Shown: positions 19,705 to 29,810 of the stretch, piece after piece | Layout of the letters: each line of letters opens with the position of its first letter | Position numbering within the stretch: position 1 is the stretch's first letter | Source: a virus | Lineage: Duplodnaviria; Caudoviricetes | DNA length: 64,000 bases | Direction: 5' to 3' (one strand) | IMG/VR virus record: IMGVR_UViG_3300037601_000088 | Span: 83,253 to 147,252 of that record | Made by a program: the position numbers and the translations under genes | The notes under the pieces: generated by a model | Seen by the model: only the letters and a program-made list of their open reading frames with translations | Database searches by the model: none | Told to the model about the DNA's origin: nothing

Positions 19705-20102
19705 GAGTTTTAGTATGTGGTGGAAGAGATTATACTAATTATAATCAACTGTGTTATACCCTAAATGAAATACATAAAATTGATGGTATTAGTGTAATTA
19801 TTCATGGTAATTCTCGAGGGGCCGATATCATGGCAAAAGAATGGGCGATTGCTAAAGGTATTAGACATATTCCTTTCCCTGCTGACTGGGGTGATATGAC
19901 AGAACCATGTTATGTTAAAAAAATACAGGGCAAACAATATAATGCTTTAGCCGGGTCTAAAAGAAATCAAAAAATGATTGACGAAGGTAAACCTGATATG
20001 GCAGTTGCTTTCCCGGGCGGAAACGGAACAAAAGACATGATTAATAAATTAATGAAAGCAAACATAGATGTTAAATTGGTAGGTCAATATCAAAATGCAT
20101 AA
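19701..20102 (+). CDS. SLOG superfamily (DUF2493/YspA-like) protein
   Basis: MRVLVCGGRDY, IHG..RGAD, AG..RNQKM, AFPGG.GT.DM. Confidence 0.85.
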   Translation: MRVLVCGGRDYTNYNQLCYTLNEIHKIDGISVIIHGNSRGADIMAKEWAIAKGIRHIPFPADWGDMTEPCYVKKIQGKQYNALAGSKRNQKMIDEGKPDMAVAFPGGNGTKDMINKLMKANIDVKLVGQYQNA

Positions 20103-20400
20103 TGGATTAACAAAAGCACAGGAAGAAAGATTAACCCTTCTTATTGAGGAAGCAAGCGAAATAATTTATATTGCGTGTAAAATTAAAAGATTTGGTTTTG
20201 AGTCTAAAGATCCTACACGGCCGGATTCTCCTTCAAACAGAGAATACCTTTTTGAAGAATTAAAGGATTTAACTGCTGTTTTATTTGCTATGCAAACAGA
20301 TGAACTTAATCAGTTTAAAATGACTAATGATGCCATTTTTAAATCATGGGAAAGAAAAAGAAAATATTTAAAATACCAAAAAGAATTAAGTAATGACTAA
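20095..20400 (+). CDS. MazG-like NTP pyrophosphohydrolase
   Basis: LIEEASE...EELKDL acidic motifs. Confidence 0.6.
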   Translation: MHNGLTKAQEERLTLLIEEASEIIYIACKIKRFGFESKDPTRPDSPSNREYLFEELKDLTAVLFAMQTDELNQFKMTNDAIFKSWERKRKYLKYQKELSND

Positions 20401-20722
20401 AAATCTATATAGAAGTTGAGGTAAAAGAAAATGGTAAACAGATCGATGAAAATAATTAAAACTTTATATATTTTAATTAAATGTTTTTTTCTTTGTATAT
20501 GCATGATTTTATTATCAATTATTAGTACTATATTATTTTTCTTTCTTATTTTAAAAGAAGAAGGTGAATATTTAATTGATTATAGCATTATAGATATAAA
20601 AGAAATATGGAAAAAGAAAAATAATTGAGACTTTTTTAGAAATATTTGTTTTATGTATATTTAGTATTACTTTATGAGAAAAAAATGGAGATGGCTTTGA
20701 ATTAACTCATAAATACCATTGA

Positions 20723-21124
20723 ATGTGGTATTTTGAAAATAAGCCTTTTACAGAAGATTTAATTCCAGACGGAATTATAGGTTTTATCTATGAAATAACA
20801 AATCTTCAAAATGGAAGAAAATATATAGGTAAAAAACAATTCTTTAGAACCATTAAAAGACCTCCTTTAAAAAATAAGAAGAGAAGAAGAATTTGCCAAG
20901 TAAAATCTGACTGGGAAGACTATTATGGTTCAAGCCCGTCTTTACAGGAAGATATAGAAAAACTAGGTAAAGACTCTTTTAAAAGAGAAATACTTAGATT
21001 TTGTAGAAATAAAACGGAATTATCTTATTACGAGGCAGAAATGCAATTTAAAAAGGGTGTACTTTTATCTGAAGACTATTATAATAATTGGATAGCGGTA
21101 AAAATTACTCAAACCGGCTTATAA
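20723..21124 (+). CDS. GIY-YIG nuclease (EndoII/DenA-like)
   Basis: GFIYEITN..GRKYIGKK, SDWEDYYGSS, YYN. Confidence 0.8.
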   Translation: MWYFENKPFTEDLIPDGIIGFIYEITNLQNGRKYIGKKQFFRTIKRPPLKNKKRRRICQVKSDWEDYYGSSPSLQEDIEKLGKDSFKREILRFCRNKTELSYYEAEMQFKKGVLLSEDYYNNWIAVKITQTGL

Positions 21125-21295
21125 ATGGAAGTAATAAAATCAAAGTGCCCTAAATGTAAGGTTGAACATTCATTAATAGAAATGAAGAAAATATTGATCT
21201 CCAAAAAAGAAAACAAACATAGATCATATATTGAATGTATAAAATGTAGGGCAAAATTCAGTCAAGTAAAAAAAGAAAGTTTAAATGAAAATTAA
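21125..21295 (+). CDS. 56-aa zinc-ribbon protein (not in ORF track)
   Basis: CPKC...CIKC; fills the gap. Confidence 0.55.
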   Translation: MEVIKSKCPKCKVEHSLIEMKKILISKKENKHRSYIECIKCRAKFSQVKKESLNEN

Positions 21296-21557
21296 AATTT
21301 TTGGAAAAGAAAACTGCCCTTATTGCGATTTTGCTAAACAATTACTAGATCGTGTGGGTGAAGAATACGAATATGAGAATGCTTCTTCACCTGAAACAGT
21401 TTCTATGATTAAAGAAACATATGGTGATTCAATATCTACCGTTCCTGTCGTAATTGTTGATGGGATTTATATTGGTGGTTATGATCAATTAAAAGAGCAC
21501 ATTAATAAAAATTATGCTATGGTAAACGGAGAATATAGAAAGGTTCTTTATGAATAA
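21285..21557 (+). CDS. nrdC: glutaredoxin
   Basis: CPYC, TVP, IGGYD. Confidence 0.9.
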   Translation: MKIKIFGKENCPYCDFAKQLLDRVGEEYEYENASSPETVSMIKETYGDSISTVPVVIVDGIYIGGYDQLKEHINKNYAMVNGEYRKVLYE

Positions 21558-21825
21558 GACACAGTTTTTAAAAGAATTAAAGAAACCAAATCCATTGGAA
21601 ATAACATTTGAGAAATCTGATGGTACAGAACGCGTTATGTTATGCAGCCTGTTTCCTGACTATCTACCAAAGACAGAAAAAAATTCAACAAAAACAACAA
21701 AAAAGAAGCCAAGTAGTGATATTATTGTTGTTTTTGATTTAGAGAAATCTTCATGGAGAAGTTTTAAGGTAAAATCAGTCACAAATACTGAGGTTATTCT
21801 AACAGCAGTATCAATTTCAGAATAG
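21550..21825 (+). CDS. WYL-like/Sm-like SH3 barrel protein
   Basis: ITFEKSDGTERVM...VFDLEKSSWRSF. Confidence 0.75.
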   Translation: MNKTQFLKELKKPNPLEITFEKSDGTERVMLCSLFPDYLPKTEKNSTKTTKKKPSSDIIVVFDLEKSSWRSFKVKSVTNTEVILTAVSISE

Positions 21826-21834
21826 AGAATTTAT

Positions 21835-22779
21835 ATGAGTATAATATTAGACGGTGAATGGATTCGTGATGACTTAACAAAAAATGCAAATGGCGGCACT
21901 GAATCTATCATTAAAGGAATGTTAAAATACATTCCCAATAAAAAATTAAAGGGTTGGCAGATAATTCATTCACGTCTTCCTGATTTTTTAAGTGATGACC
22001 ACAAAACAATGGTTGTTTTCCATGATATGCCAGCTGACCCAATGTATGATAAGCTTTTAGAGCCTTCATATGTTGCAAAAATTGACAAATTTGTCTTTGT
22101 TTCATATTGGCAAATGGAAAGATTCATTCTTCAATATGGTATTTCATATGATAAGTCTACGGTTATTCAAAATTTTATTGATTCTTTTGAATTAAGAAAG
22201 GCTGAACGTGATATTAATCACGTTAATCTAATTTACCACACTACTCCTCATAGAGGGTTAGACTTATTAATGGCTTCCTTTGAATCCATTTATGAAATTG
22301 ACAAAGATATTAGTCTTGACATTTATTCTTCATTTGAAATTTATGGTTGGAAAGATAGGGATAAACCCTATGAAAAACTTTTTGAAAAAGCAAAAAATCA
22401 TGAAGGTATACGATATCATGGATATCAACCCAATGAGGTTGTTCGCAAAGCGCTAAAAAAATCTCATATTTTTGCGTACCCATGTACATGGTCTGAAACA
22501 AGCTGTATATCGGCAATCGAAGCACTTTGTTCTGGTAATGTGGTCATCTGTCCTAGGTATGGGGCACTTCCTGAAACATGTGGTATGTTTGGTATCTATT
22601 ATGATTTTTCCCCTTCAAACGTGGACCACGCCAACACATTTGTTAATGTGTTGTACAAGTCTATTCTTGCTATGAGAAATCAAGGCTTAAACACAGAATT
22701 CCAGCAAATGCTTTATAACAAATTTTATGATTGGAAAACTAATGCTCACTTGTGGAAAAACATCCTCGAAGATAAATAA
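21835..22779 (+). CDS. GT-B (family 4-like) glycosyltransferase
   Basis: GGTE, TPHRGL, YPCTWSETSCISAIEA, GALPET. Confidence 0.85.
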   Translation: MSIILDGEWIRDDLTKNANGGTESIIKGMLKYIPNKKLKGWQIIHSRLPDFLSDDHKTMVVFHDMPADPMYDKLLEPSYVAKIDKFVFVSYWQMERFILQYGISYDKSTVIQNFIDSFELRKAERDINHVNLIYHTTPHRGLDLLMASFESIYEIDKDISLDIYSSFEIYGWKDRDKPYEKLFEKAKNHEGIRYHGYQPNEVVRKALKKSHIFAYPCTWSETSCISAIEALCSGNVVICPRYGALPETCGMFGIYYDFSPSNVDHANTFVNVLYKSILAMRNQGLNTEFQQMLYNKFYDWKTNAHLWKNILEDK

Positions 22780-22783
22780 TAGT

Positions 22784-23134
22784 ATGGGGACACTCCTTAA
22801 ATTTCCGGATCAAAAAACTGGAAATCAATTACCTAAAAATATTATTGAACTTCGAAAGAAAATTTTTGAAGAGCGAAAGGAGATAATCGAAGAAGCAGCT
22901 GATCATATTCATGAAATGACAGTAAAATCCATGTATTCTATGGGGCTTTATCCGGCTGAACCAGATGAAGGATATGATAAAAGTTTGATGCTTTTATATG
23001 AGGCAACCCGTTCAATAATTTGTAAATCTTTTCAGATATCACACCCTCTTCAAGAAATGGCAGATGACATATTTACTCCTGATGAAGATCAGGATATAGA
23101 TGAAGAAATGCTTGAAGACGGAGAAGAACAATAA
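22784..23134 (+). CDS. hypothetical protein
   Basis: ATG 5 nt after GATAAATA; HPLQ motif; precedes rnh. Confidence 0.6.
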   Translation: MGTLLKFPDQKTGNQLPKNIIELRKKIFEERKEIIEEAADHIHEMTVKSMYSMGLYPAEPDEGYDKSLMLLYEATRSIICKSFQISHPLQEMADDIFTPDEDQDIDEEMLEDGEEQ

Positions 23135-23985
23135 TACTCGTAGATTATAGCCAAGTAGCAATTTCTTCTTATTTTGGTGCAGTCGGTAATCATACAAATT
23201 CACCTATAGAAGAAAATGCATTAAGGGCTGCTATACTCAATAGTATACGCTTTATTAATGCCAAATTTAAAAATTCTTATGGTGAAATGATATTATGTTG
23301 TGATGATTATCACACGTGGCGTAAAGAAATTTTTCCATATTATAAAGTTTCCAGGAAGCATCAACGTCAATTAGACGACGTTGATTGGCCTGTTCTTCTT
23401 AAAATTATTTCACAAGTAAAAGAAGAATTAAAAGAAAACTTTCATAGGAAAGTTATTCAAGTAAAAAATGCTGAAGCAGACGATATAATTGCTACTATAA
23501 TTAAATTAAATCCAGACACAAAAATAATCATAGCTTCATCTGATAAAGACTTTAATCAACTTATTTCAGGTAATGTAGCAAGATTCGATAATAAATCTAA
23601 AAAATTAGTTGAAGATGTTGATGCTAAATCATATCTGAAAGAACATATTTTTAGAGGTGATTCTGGTGACAGTATTCCTAATATTTTAACAAAGGATGAT
23701 TACTTTTTAGTTAGAGAAAAGGGTCATCGCCAAAAAACAATAACAAAAAAAATGTTGGAAAAATGGGAAACTGATGGATATGAAGAATCTTTCGATGAGA
23801 CCACAATGGATCGATTTAAAAGAAATAAAAAACTTATTGATTTATCTGAAATACCACCACACATTGAAAGTGCTATAGCAATAGAATTTCAAAATTCTAA
23901 GCCTAAACCTTTCTTTACTTTTAGTAATTATTTAATTAAAAACAAACTTAAAACTATGTATGAAAAAAAGCAGGACTTTCTATGA
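23131..23985 (+). CDS. rnh: T4-type RNase H (5'-3' exonuclease, FEN family), probable ATA start
   Basis: ILVDYSQV N-terminus, WRK..FPYYK, EADDII, SSDKDF, GDSGDSIPN. Confidence 0.9.
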   Translation: MILVDYSQVAISSYFGAVGNHTNSPIEENALRAAILNSIRFINAKFKNSYGEMILCCDDYHTWRKEIFPYYKVSRKHQRQLDDVDWPVLLKIISQVKEELKENFHRKVIQVKNAEADDIIATIIKLNPDTKIIIASSDKDFNQLISGNVARFDNKSKKLVEDVDAKSYLKEHIFRGDSGDSIPNILTKDDYFLVREKGHRQKTITKKMLEKWETDGYEESFDETTMDRFKRNKKLIDLSEIPPHIESAIAIEFQNSKPKPFFTFSNYLIKNKLKTMYEKKQDFL

Positions 23986-24428
23986 TTAGAACGGAAAAAA
24001 GAAATATTGGATCCATTTTAGCCGATGTTAGCAAAATTAGAAAAAAAGATGAAAGAAAACAAGCACTAAGACAGGTTTGTACTGATAAGGCTGTAGCAAT
24101 AGCCATTCAATATGCTTATCATCCAGACGTCATCTGGGAATTGCCTGAAGGTGATATTCCTGATACGCTTAAGAAGAAGGTTGAACAAGGCGATTGGAGA
24201 ATGTTAAGACAAATACTTCTTCAGAATAAACTGAAGTATTGCCAAAAAAGTTCTGTTGTTTCAAAAGCTAAAAAAGAATACATTTTCCTAGATTATTATT
24301 TCTCATGTGACGAAATTGATAGACCTATTCTTCTAGGAATTAAAGACAAAAAATTACCAGTGCCTTACTTAACGGAAAAGTTTTGCATGGAATCCCTTCC
24401 AGAGCTTTTTCCAGCGAAGGATGAATAA
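23982..24428 (+). CDS. conserved T4-like hypothetical protein
   Basis: WELPEG, IKDKKL motifs; synteny after rnh. Confidence 0.65.
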   Translation: MIRTEKRNIGSILADVSKIRKKDERKQALRQVCTDKAVAIAIQYAYHPDVIWELPEGDIPDTLKKKVEQGDWRMLRQILLQNKLKYCQKSSVVSKAKKEYIFLDYYFSCDEIDRPILLGIKDKKLPVPYLTEKFCMESLPELFPAKDE

Positions 24429-24658
24429 TGCCAATTTATACTTTTAGAAACAATCATACAGGAGAGCTATTTGACGAAACAATGAAAATTTCAGAAATGG
24501 AGGAATTTATTAATAAAAACCCCCATTTAAGCATAGTTCCTGCTATTCCTAAATTTGTGGCTGGCAGAGGAACTATCAAACCAGATGATGGATTTACTGA
24601 TATTTTAAAAACAATAAAAAAACAAAATCCAGGTTCTACAATAAGGACCAAAAATTAA
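24428..24658 (+). CDS. FmdB-like small protein
   Basis: MPIYTFRN..TGE, PDDGF..IL..IKK..PGS. Confidence 0.65.
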   Translation: MPIYTFRNNHTGELFDETMKISEMEEFINKNPHLSIVPAIPKFVAGRGTIKPDDGFTDILKTIKKQNPGSTIRTKN

Positions 24659-24669
24659 GAAAGAAAAAA

Positions 24670-25410
24670 ATGTCATCACAGGTTTTAATGAAAAAAAATC
24701 AAAGAAAACAAAAACCTACTAAATCAAATGGCAAATTACAACTTACTAGAGTTGAACCCAAAACAGCTAATCAACAAAAAATGATTAATAGTTTTGAAGA
24801 TAATGATGTGGTTGTTGCACATGGTTATCCAGGAACAGGTAAATCATTTATGGCTCTTTATCTTGCTTTATCTGAGTTGGAAATAAACCCTGAATTTTAT
24901 GAAAGGGTTCATATTATAAGGAGTTCTGTTTCTACTCGTGAACTTGGCTTTTTACCCGGTAAAGCAGATGAAAAAATGAAGGAATTCGAAGTTCCTTACG
25001 AAAAAATATGTGAAGATCTTTATAATCGTGGAGATGCATATGGCATTTTAAAACAAAAAGGTGTTATAACGTTTTCATCTTCATCTTTTCTTAGATCGGT
25101 TACATTTACAAAATCTATAATCATAGTTGATGAATTCCAAAATATGAGTTATCAAGAATTATGTACCATTATAACTCGTATAGGTGAAGATTGTAAGATG
25201 ATTTTCATTGGTGACATTGAACAAGATGACCTAACTTCAGAAAGATTTAATGAAAAATCTGGTGCTTTGACCTTTATAAATTTGATGAAAAAAATCTCAA
25301 ATACTGGTTTTGTATCGATGGAAATCGAAGATATTGTTAGATCCCAATATGTTAAGAACTTTATAATTGAAAAAGTTAAATATGAAAAAAATATAAATTA
25401 TATGCAATAA
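24670..25410 (+). CDS. phoH: PhoH-family ATPase
   Basis: GYPGTGKS, LGFLPG, VDEFQN, TRIG, DIVRS. Confidence 0.92.
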   Translation: MSSQVLMKKNQRKQKPTKSNGKLQLTRVEPKTANQQKMINSFEDNDVVVAHGYPGTGKSFMALYLALSELEINPEFYERVHIIRSSVSTRELGFLPGKADEKMKEFEVPYEKICEDLYNRGDAYGILKQKGVITFSSSSFLRSVTFTKSIIIVDEFQNMSYQELCTIITRIGEDCKMIFIGDIEQDDLTSERFNEKSGALTFINLMKKISNTGFVSMEIEDIVRSQYVKNFIIEKVKYEKNINYMQ

Positions 25411-25414
25411 AGGT

Positions 25415-25444
25415 GTTTACAAAGCTGTTTCTATTTCGTATAAA
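25415..25444 (+). promoter_or_regulatory. early promoter
   Basis: GTTTACA-N17-TATAAA. Confidence 0.7.
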
Positions 25445-25491
25445 GAGATCATCGAACATGCAGACATAAAAAACTCTCAGAGAAAAAAAAT

Positions 25492-25521
25492 GTTTACATG
25501 CAGCGAAAAATGTGTTAAACT
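25492..25521 (+). promoter_or_regulatory. second tandem early promoter
   Basis: GTTTACA-N17-TAAACT with extended TG. Confidence 0.65.
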
Positions 25522-25549
25522 GAAACAGATTAAATTATGGAGATAAATT

Positions 25550-25777
25550 ATGCGTACTAAAATCACGAATAAAAATGAACTTGCCGTTCGTTTGGCTAAA
25601 GTCAATGAATTGACCCCTTACTTCCGCGGTCGTATGATCGAAGAAGGTTATGTCAATGAAACTCCGGCTAAAGTTAAAGGAATGGGCCGTGGTGCACCTC
25701 GTAAAGTGTACAAACTGACCAAAAAAGGTCAGGCTATGGTGAACTTTAATATGCCTAAAGATGAAGCTGCTGCTTAA
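25550..25777 (+). CDS. small basic early protein with winged-helix-like wing
   Basis: GGAGA SD, GRGAPRKVYKLTKKG, own promoters and terminator. Confidence 0.75.
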   Translation: MRTKITNKNELAVRLAKVNELTPYFRGRMIEEGYVNETPAKVKGMGRGAPRKVYKLTKKGQAMVNFNMPKDEAAA

Positions 25778-25801
25778 ATTTACTTTAGGCTTTACATTAT
25801 G

Positions 25802-25837
25802 AAATAGCCCGGTTAAATTTGATCGGGCTATTTTTTT
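25802..25837 (+). terminator. intrinsic terminator
   Basis: AATAGCCCGGT/ATCGGGCTATT stem plus T-tract. Confidence 0.85.
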
Positions 25838-25855
25838 ACTTAAAAAGGAATAATT

Positions 25856-28447
25856 TTGGATTTTTATACACACTTTCATTCAGATAAAAAAAACATATAC
25901 ATATCCGGATATAAAAATAACAAAAAAATATACCAAAAATTTAAATTGAAGCCATACCTCTTTATTCATGATAAAGAATCTGAAGATTATAAAGATTTAT
26001 CTGGCTTACCCGTTTCAAAAAAAGAATTTAATACAAGATCCCAGGCTATGGCCTATATTGAAAAATATAGAGGCGTAGAAAATTTTGATATATTTGGAAG
26101 CACCTTTTTTGATTATGTGTGGATTAATGATAATTTTAAAGAAATAAAATCAGATAATACTGTTTTAAGATATGGAATTTATGATATTGAAACAGATTCT
26201 GAAGGCGGCTTTGCTGATTTAGAAAAAGCAAATAAAGAAATAACCGCAATATCAATGTCAGTAATGGGAGAAGATGAAGTCTATTGCTTAGGCTATAAAG
26301 ATTATGATCCCAAAAAATCTGATATTCTTGAAAAAGAATGCCCAGGTAAAAAATTTGTTTATATTAAGTGTAAAAATGAAAACCAGCTCCTTAAAAGATT
26401 TGTTGAGCTCTGGAATTATTTAAATATTGATATAATTACAGGATATAATATTAATCTTTATGACCATCCATATGTAATTAGAAGAATTATTCAAATTCTA
26501 GGAGAAGAATGGGCATTAAAACTTTCTCCCTATGGTCAAATCAAAAGCTCTAATTTTGTTTATTATGGTAAAAACCAAACCAAATATGAAATAGTAGGAA
26601 TACCCACACTTGACTATTTTGATCTCTATCAGAAATTTTCATATAAAGATACCGAAAGTTATAAACTAGATTATATATGTAAGCTTGAATTGGATAAGGG
26701 CAAACTCGATTATTCAGAATATAAAACACTTGCCAATCTCTATAAGGAAAATCCTGCTAAATTTTATGATTATTCTATTATTGATACCGTTAGAATTGAA
26801 GACCTAGAAAATAAGCTCAAATTTATTGACCAGGTTTTTTCTCTTACACACTTTACTAAATGTAATCTACTAGATTGTTTTGGTACAGTGAGAATGTGTG
26901 ATGTTCTCACTCATAACTTTATGATGGAAGAGCATATAGTTATTCCTATTAAAAAAGATAAGATAGGAATAGGTAGACAAATAGCGGGCGGTTATGTTAA
27001 GCCAGTGAAGAAAACCATGGCTAAATATATGATTAGCTTTGATTTTACATCACTATATCCACATATTATTAAAGCTTTTAATATTTCACCTGAAAAATAT
27101 GTTGGAAAAATTGACAAATATGATTCTCTTCAAATTCATCCCGACATAATCAATGGATCTTTATCTGAAATACGGAATGAATTAGTAGATAACGATTTAT
27201 GTATAACGGGTAAGGGAACTGTTTTTTCAAGAGATGGCCAGGGTTTTTTCCCAAAAATCATGACATTTCTCTTCAATAAAAGAAATGAGTATAAGAGTGA
27301 AATGTCCTCCTTCAAGAAAAGAAAGGAATTAATCACTCAAGAATTATCTAAAAGAGGTTCAACCAAACTTAAAGATTTTTCGGATGAAAAACTCAACCAA
27401 ATCAAAAAGCAAGTTGAATATAAAGTCACGGAATTTCATAATAAGCAGATAGCAATTAAGTATGTTCTTAATTCGTTCTATGGTCAATTAGCAAATGAGC
27501 ATTCTCGCTGGTTCGATGAAAATATTGCTGAATCAATTACAATGTCTGGTCAATTATCGATCAATTGGGTAAAGACCTATATTGATAGAATGTTGAACGA
27601 GTATTGTGGTACGAAAGATGAAATATATGTCATCGGTGTTGATACTGATAGTTGTTATGTAAGTCTTGAAAATGTTTTAAAAATCAACAATATAAATGAA
27701 GAAGATTCATTGGATTTTCTCATAGAATTCGTGGATTATATACAGGAAAAAATAATCAACCACGCACTCGAGGAATTATATAAGGACACAAATATTTTTG
27801 AAAAATGCCTTTATATGAAACCCGAAATTATTGGCAGGGGTTTATGGAGAAAAGCCAAAAATTATATAATGGGTGTTTGGTGGGAAGAAGGCATTCGTCT
27901 CAATGAAGAAAAAATAGCAATGAAGGGAATTGAGGCAGTTAAATCTTCTACTCCTGAAATTTGTAGAAACAAAATAAAAGATGCTGCTCCTATTCTTCTT
28001 GATAATGATTCTGAAAAGCTTTTGGATTTCGTTGAAGAATTCAGAAGTTCATTCAATGAATCAAACCTAGAACTTATTGGTAAACCAACCAAAATTACAG
28101 ATATAGATAAATGGTATTCTGGTGACGGTTTAATAAAAAAAGGAACTCCTTTTCATTGTAGGGGTTCACTTATCTATAATAGTATGATATCTAAATTAAA
28201 GTTAGACGCGACATACCAAAAAATAAATAATGGGGATAAGATTAAGAGTTGGTACTTGAAAGAACCTAACCCCGTAGGAAGTTATGTGATTTGCGCTCCA
28301 GACGAATTACCAGAAGAATTCGAACTGGAAGATTATATTGATAAAAACTTACAATTTAATAAGACTTTTTTAGAACCCATTGAAAGCCTGGCTGCAGCGG
28401 CAGGTATATTAATGGACGACACTACAGATATGGATCAATTTCTATGA
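25856..28447 (+). CDS. 43: family B DNA polymerase gp43
   Basis: DIETD exonuclease, DFTSLYP, KYVLNSFYG, DTDS; C-terminal clamp-binding MDQFL. Confidence 0.97.
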   Translation: MDFYTHFHSDKKNIYISGYKNNKKIYQKFKLKPYLFIHDKESEDYKDLSGLPVSKKEFNTRSQAMAYIEKYRGVENFDIFGSTFFDYVWINDNFKEIKSDNTVLRYGIYDIETDSEGGFADLEKANKEITAISMSVMGEDEVYCLGYKDYDPKKSDILEKECPGKKFVYIKCKNENQLLKRFVELWNYLNIDIITGYNINLYDHPYVIRRIIQILGEEWALKLSPYGQIKSSNFVYYGKNQTKYEIVGIPTLDYFDLYQKFSYKDTESYKLDYICKLELDKGKLDYSEYKTLANLYKENPAKFYDYSIIDTVRIEDLENKLKFIDQVFSLTHFTKCNLLDCFGTVRMCDVLTHNFMMEEHIVIPIKKDKIGIGRQIAGGYVKPVKKTMAKYMISFDFTSLYPHIIKAFNISPEKYVGKIDKYDSLQIHPDIINGSLSEIRNELVDNDLCITGKGTVFSRDGQGFFPKIMTFLFNKRNEYKSEMSSFKKRKELITQELSKRGSTKLKDFSDEKLNQIKKQVEYKVTEFHNKQIAIKYVLNSFYGQLANEHSRWFDENIAESITMSGQLSINWVKTYIDRMLNEYCGTKDEIYVIGVDTDSCYVSLENVLKINNINEEDSLDFLIEFVDYIQEKIINHALEELYKDTNIFEKCLYMKPEIIGRGLWRKAKNYIMGVWWEEGIRLNEEKIAMKGIEAVKSSTPEICRNKIKDAAPILLDNDSEKLLDFVEEFRSSFNESNLELIGKPTKITDIDKWYSGDGLIKKGTPFHCRGSLIYNSMISKLKLDATYQKINNGDKIKSWYLKEPNPVGSYVICAPDELPEEFELEDYIDKNLQFNKTFLEPIESLAAAAGILMDDTTDMDQFL

Positions 28448-28752
28448 TAAAAAGAAAAGATTTTGGCTTTACCACAAATGATTTTTCGTTTGAATTTAAC
28501 GCCGATGATAGTACTGAAAATAATGATGTTTTATTTTCTAACTATAAAGATAAAATCGAAAAATTATATAATGAAAGTAATAATTTGGCTGAAATGTTTC
28601 TACCGTTTCTTAAAAAACTAAGAGATGGTGAAGGAGACGTTATTAAATGGCCCGAGGAAATAAGACTAAAACAAATCAATAGTTTTATGAATCAGATAGA
28701 AAAACAACAAGATTTATTAACAGAAATATATGGAGAAAATATTCAAGAATGA
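28444..28752 (+). CDS. hypothetical protein
   Basis: Coupled between gp43 and uvsX. Confidence 0.6.
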   Translation: MIKRKDFGFTTNDFSFEFNADDSTENNDVLFSNYKDKIEKLYNESNNLAEMFLPFLKKLRDGEGDVIKWPEEIRLKQINSFMNQIEKQQDLLTEIYGENIQE

Positions 28753-29807
28753 GTTTAAGAGATAGATTATTAAAAACTTCTAAAAAAGCACAGATTTTAA
28801 GTGAATCAAAAGAATATAATTATAATATTGATATACCCACACAAATTCCCGCATTAAATTTACTCCTTTCAGGAGAAGTTGGAAAAGGTATTACTCCAGG
28901 CATTACTTGTTGGGCAGGCCCTTCCAGACACTTTAAAACATTATTTTGTTTAATTTCTGCCAAGACATATAAAGATAAATTTCCTGATGCAACCATTGTA
29001 ATGTTTGATTCTGAATATGGATCTCCTCCTAATTATATTGGTTCTTTAGGTCTGGATCCTGAAGAAATTGTTCACGTACCTGTTGATACATATGAAGAAT
29101 TAAAATTTGAAGCAAACAAAATAGTTAAAGCCGTTGAACCAGGAGAAAATGTATTCATTCTTATTGATTCTTTAGGGAATTTGGCTTCAGCTAAAGAGGC
29201 TAAAGACGCTGATAATGAGAATTCCGCCGCTGATATGACCCGCGCCAAAGAATCAAAATCGTTTTTTAGAATTATTACTCCTCTCCTAAAAAGACGTAAT
29301 ATTCCCATGCATGTTGTACAGCATACGTATGATACCATGGATTTTATGCCTAAGAAGGTTATTGCCGGTGGCCAAGCAACACTTCTATCTGCAGATAATG
29401 CATTTATTATTGGTAGAAGACAAGAAAAAGACGGAAAAGAACTTAAGGGATACCACTTTGTTGTAAACGTTGAAAAATCTAGATTTACTAGAGAAAAATC
29501 AGTTATACCTATTCTTGTTACTAGCGAGAAGGGTATTTTTAGATGGTCCGGTATGTTCGACCTTGCCTTAGAGTTAGGAATTATAGAAAAAGTTTCTGCT
29601 CAACTATATAAGCTAAAAGATTCAGATGAAGACGATACCTTTAAAAGAAAAAATGTTGAGGCCTCGTCTAAATTTTGGAAAGGTGTTTTCAACAATACGG
29701 ATTTTGCTGATATGTTAAAAAATAAATTTAAACAAGATAGTTTAAATTTAATATCGGATGATATAGAAGATGAAGAAGAAGATTATAATGAAGAAATAGA
29801 AGAATAA
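28749..29807 (+). CDS. uvsX: UvsX RecA-like recombinase
   Basis: AGPSRHFKT, DSEYG, IDSLGNLAS, ADMTRAK, KSRFTREK. Confidence 0.95.
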   Translation: MSLRDRLLKTSKKAQILSESKEYNYNIDIPTQIPALNLLLSGEVGKGITPGITCWAGPSRHFKTLFCLISAKTYKDKFPDATIVMFDSEYGSPPNYIGSLGLDPEEIVHVPVDTYEELKFEANKIVKAVEPGENVFILIDSLGNLASAKEAKDADNENSAADMTRAKESKSFFRIITPLLKRRNIPMHVVQHTYDTMDFMPKKVIAGGQATLLSADNAFIIGRRQEKDGKELKGYHFVVNVEKSRFTREKSVIPILVTSEKGIFRWSGMFDLALELGIIEKVSAQLYKLKDSDEDDTFKRKNVEASSKFWKGVFNNTDFADMLKNKFKQDSLNLISDDIEDEEEDYNEEIEE

Positions 29808-29810
29808 TAT

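Noticed and set aside
27290-27430. Intein or split in gp43
   Set aside because: Only a short charged insertion in the fingers region; no intein termini and the frame is continuous
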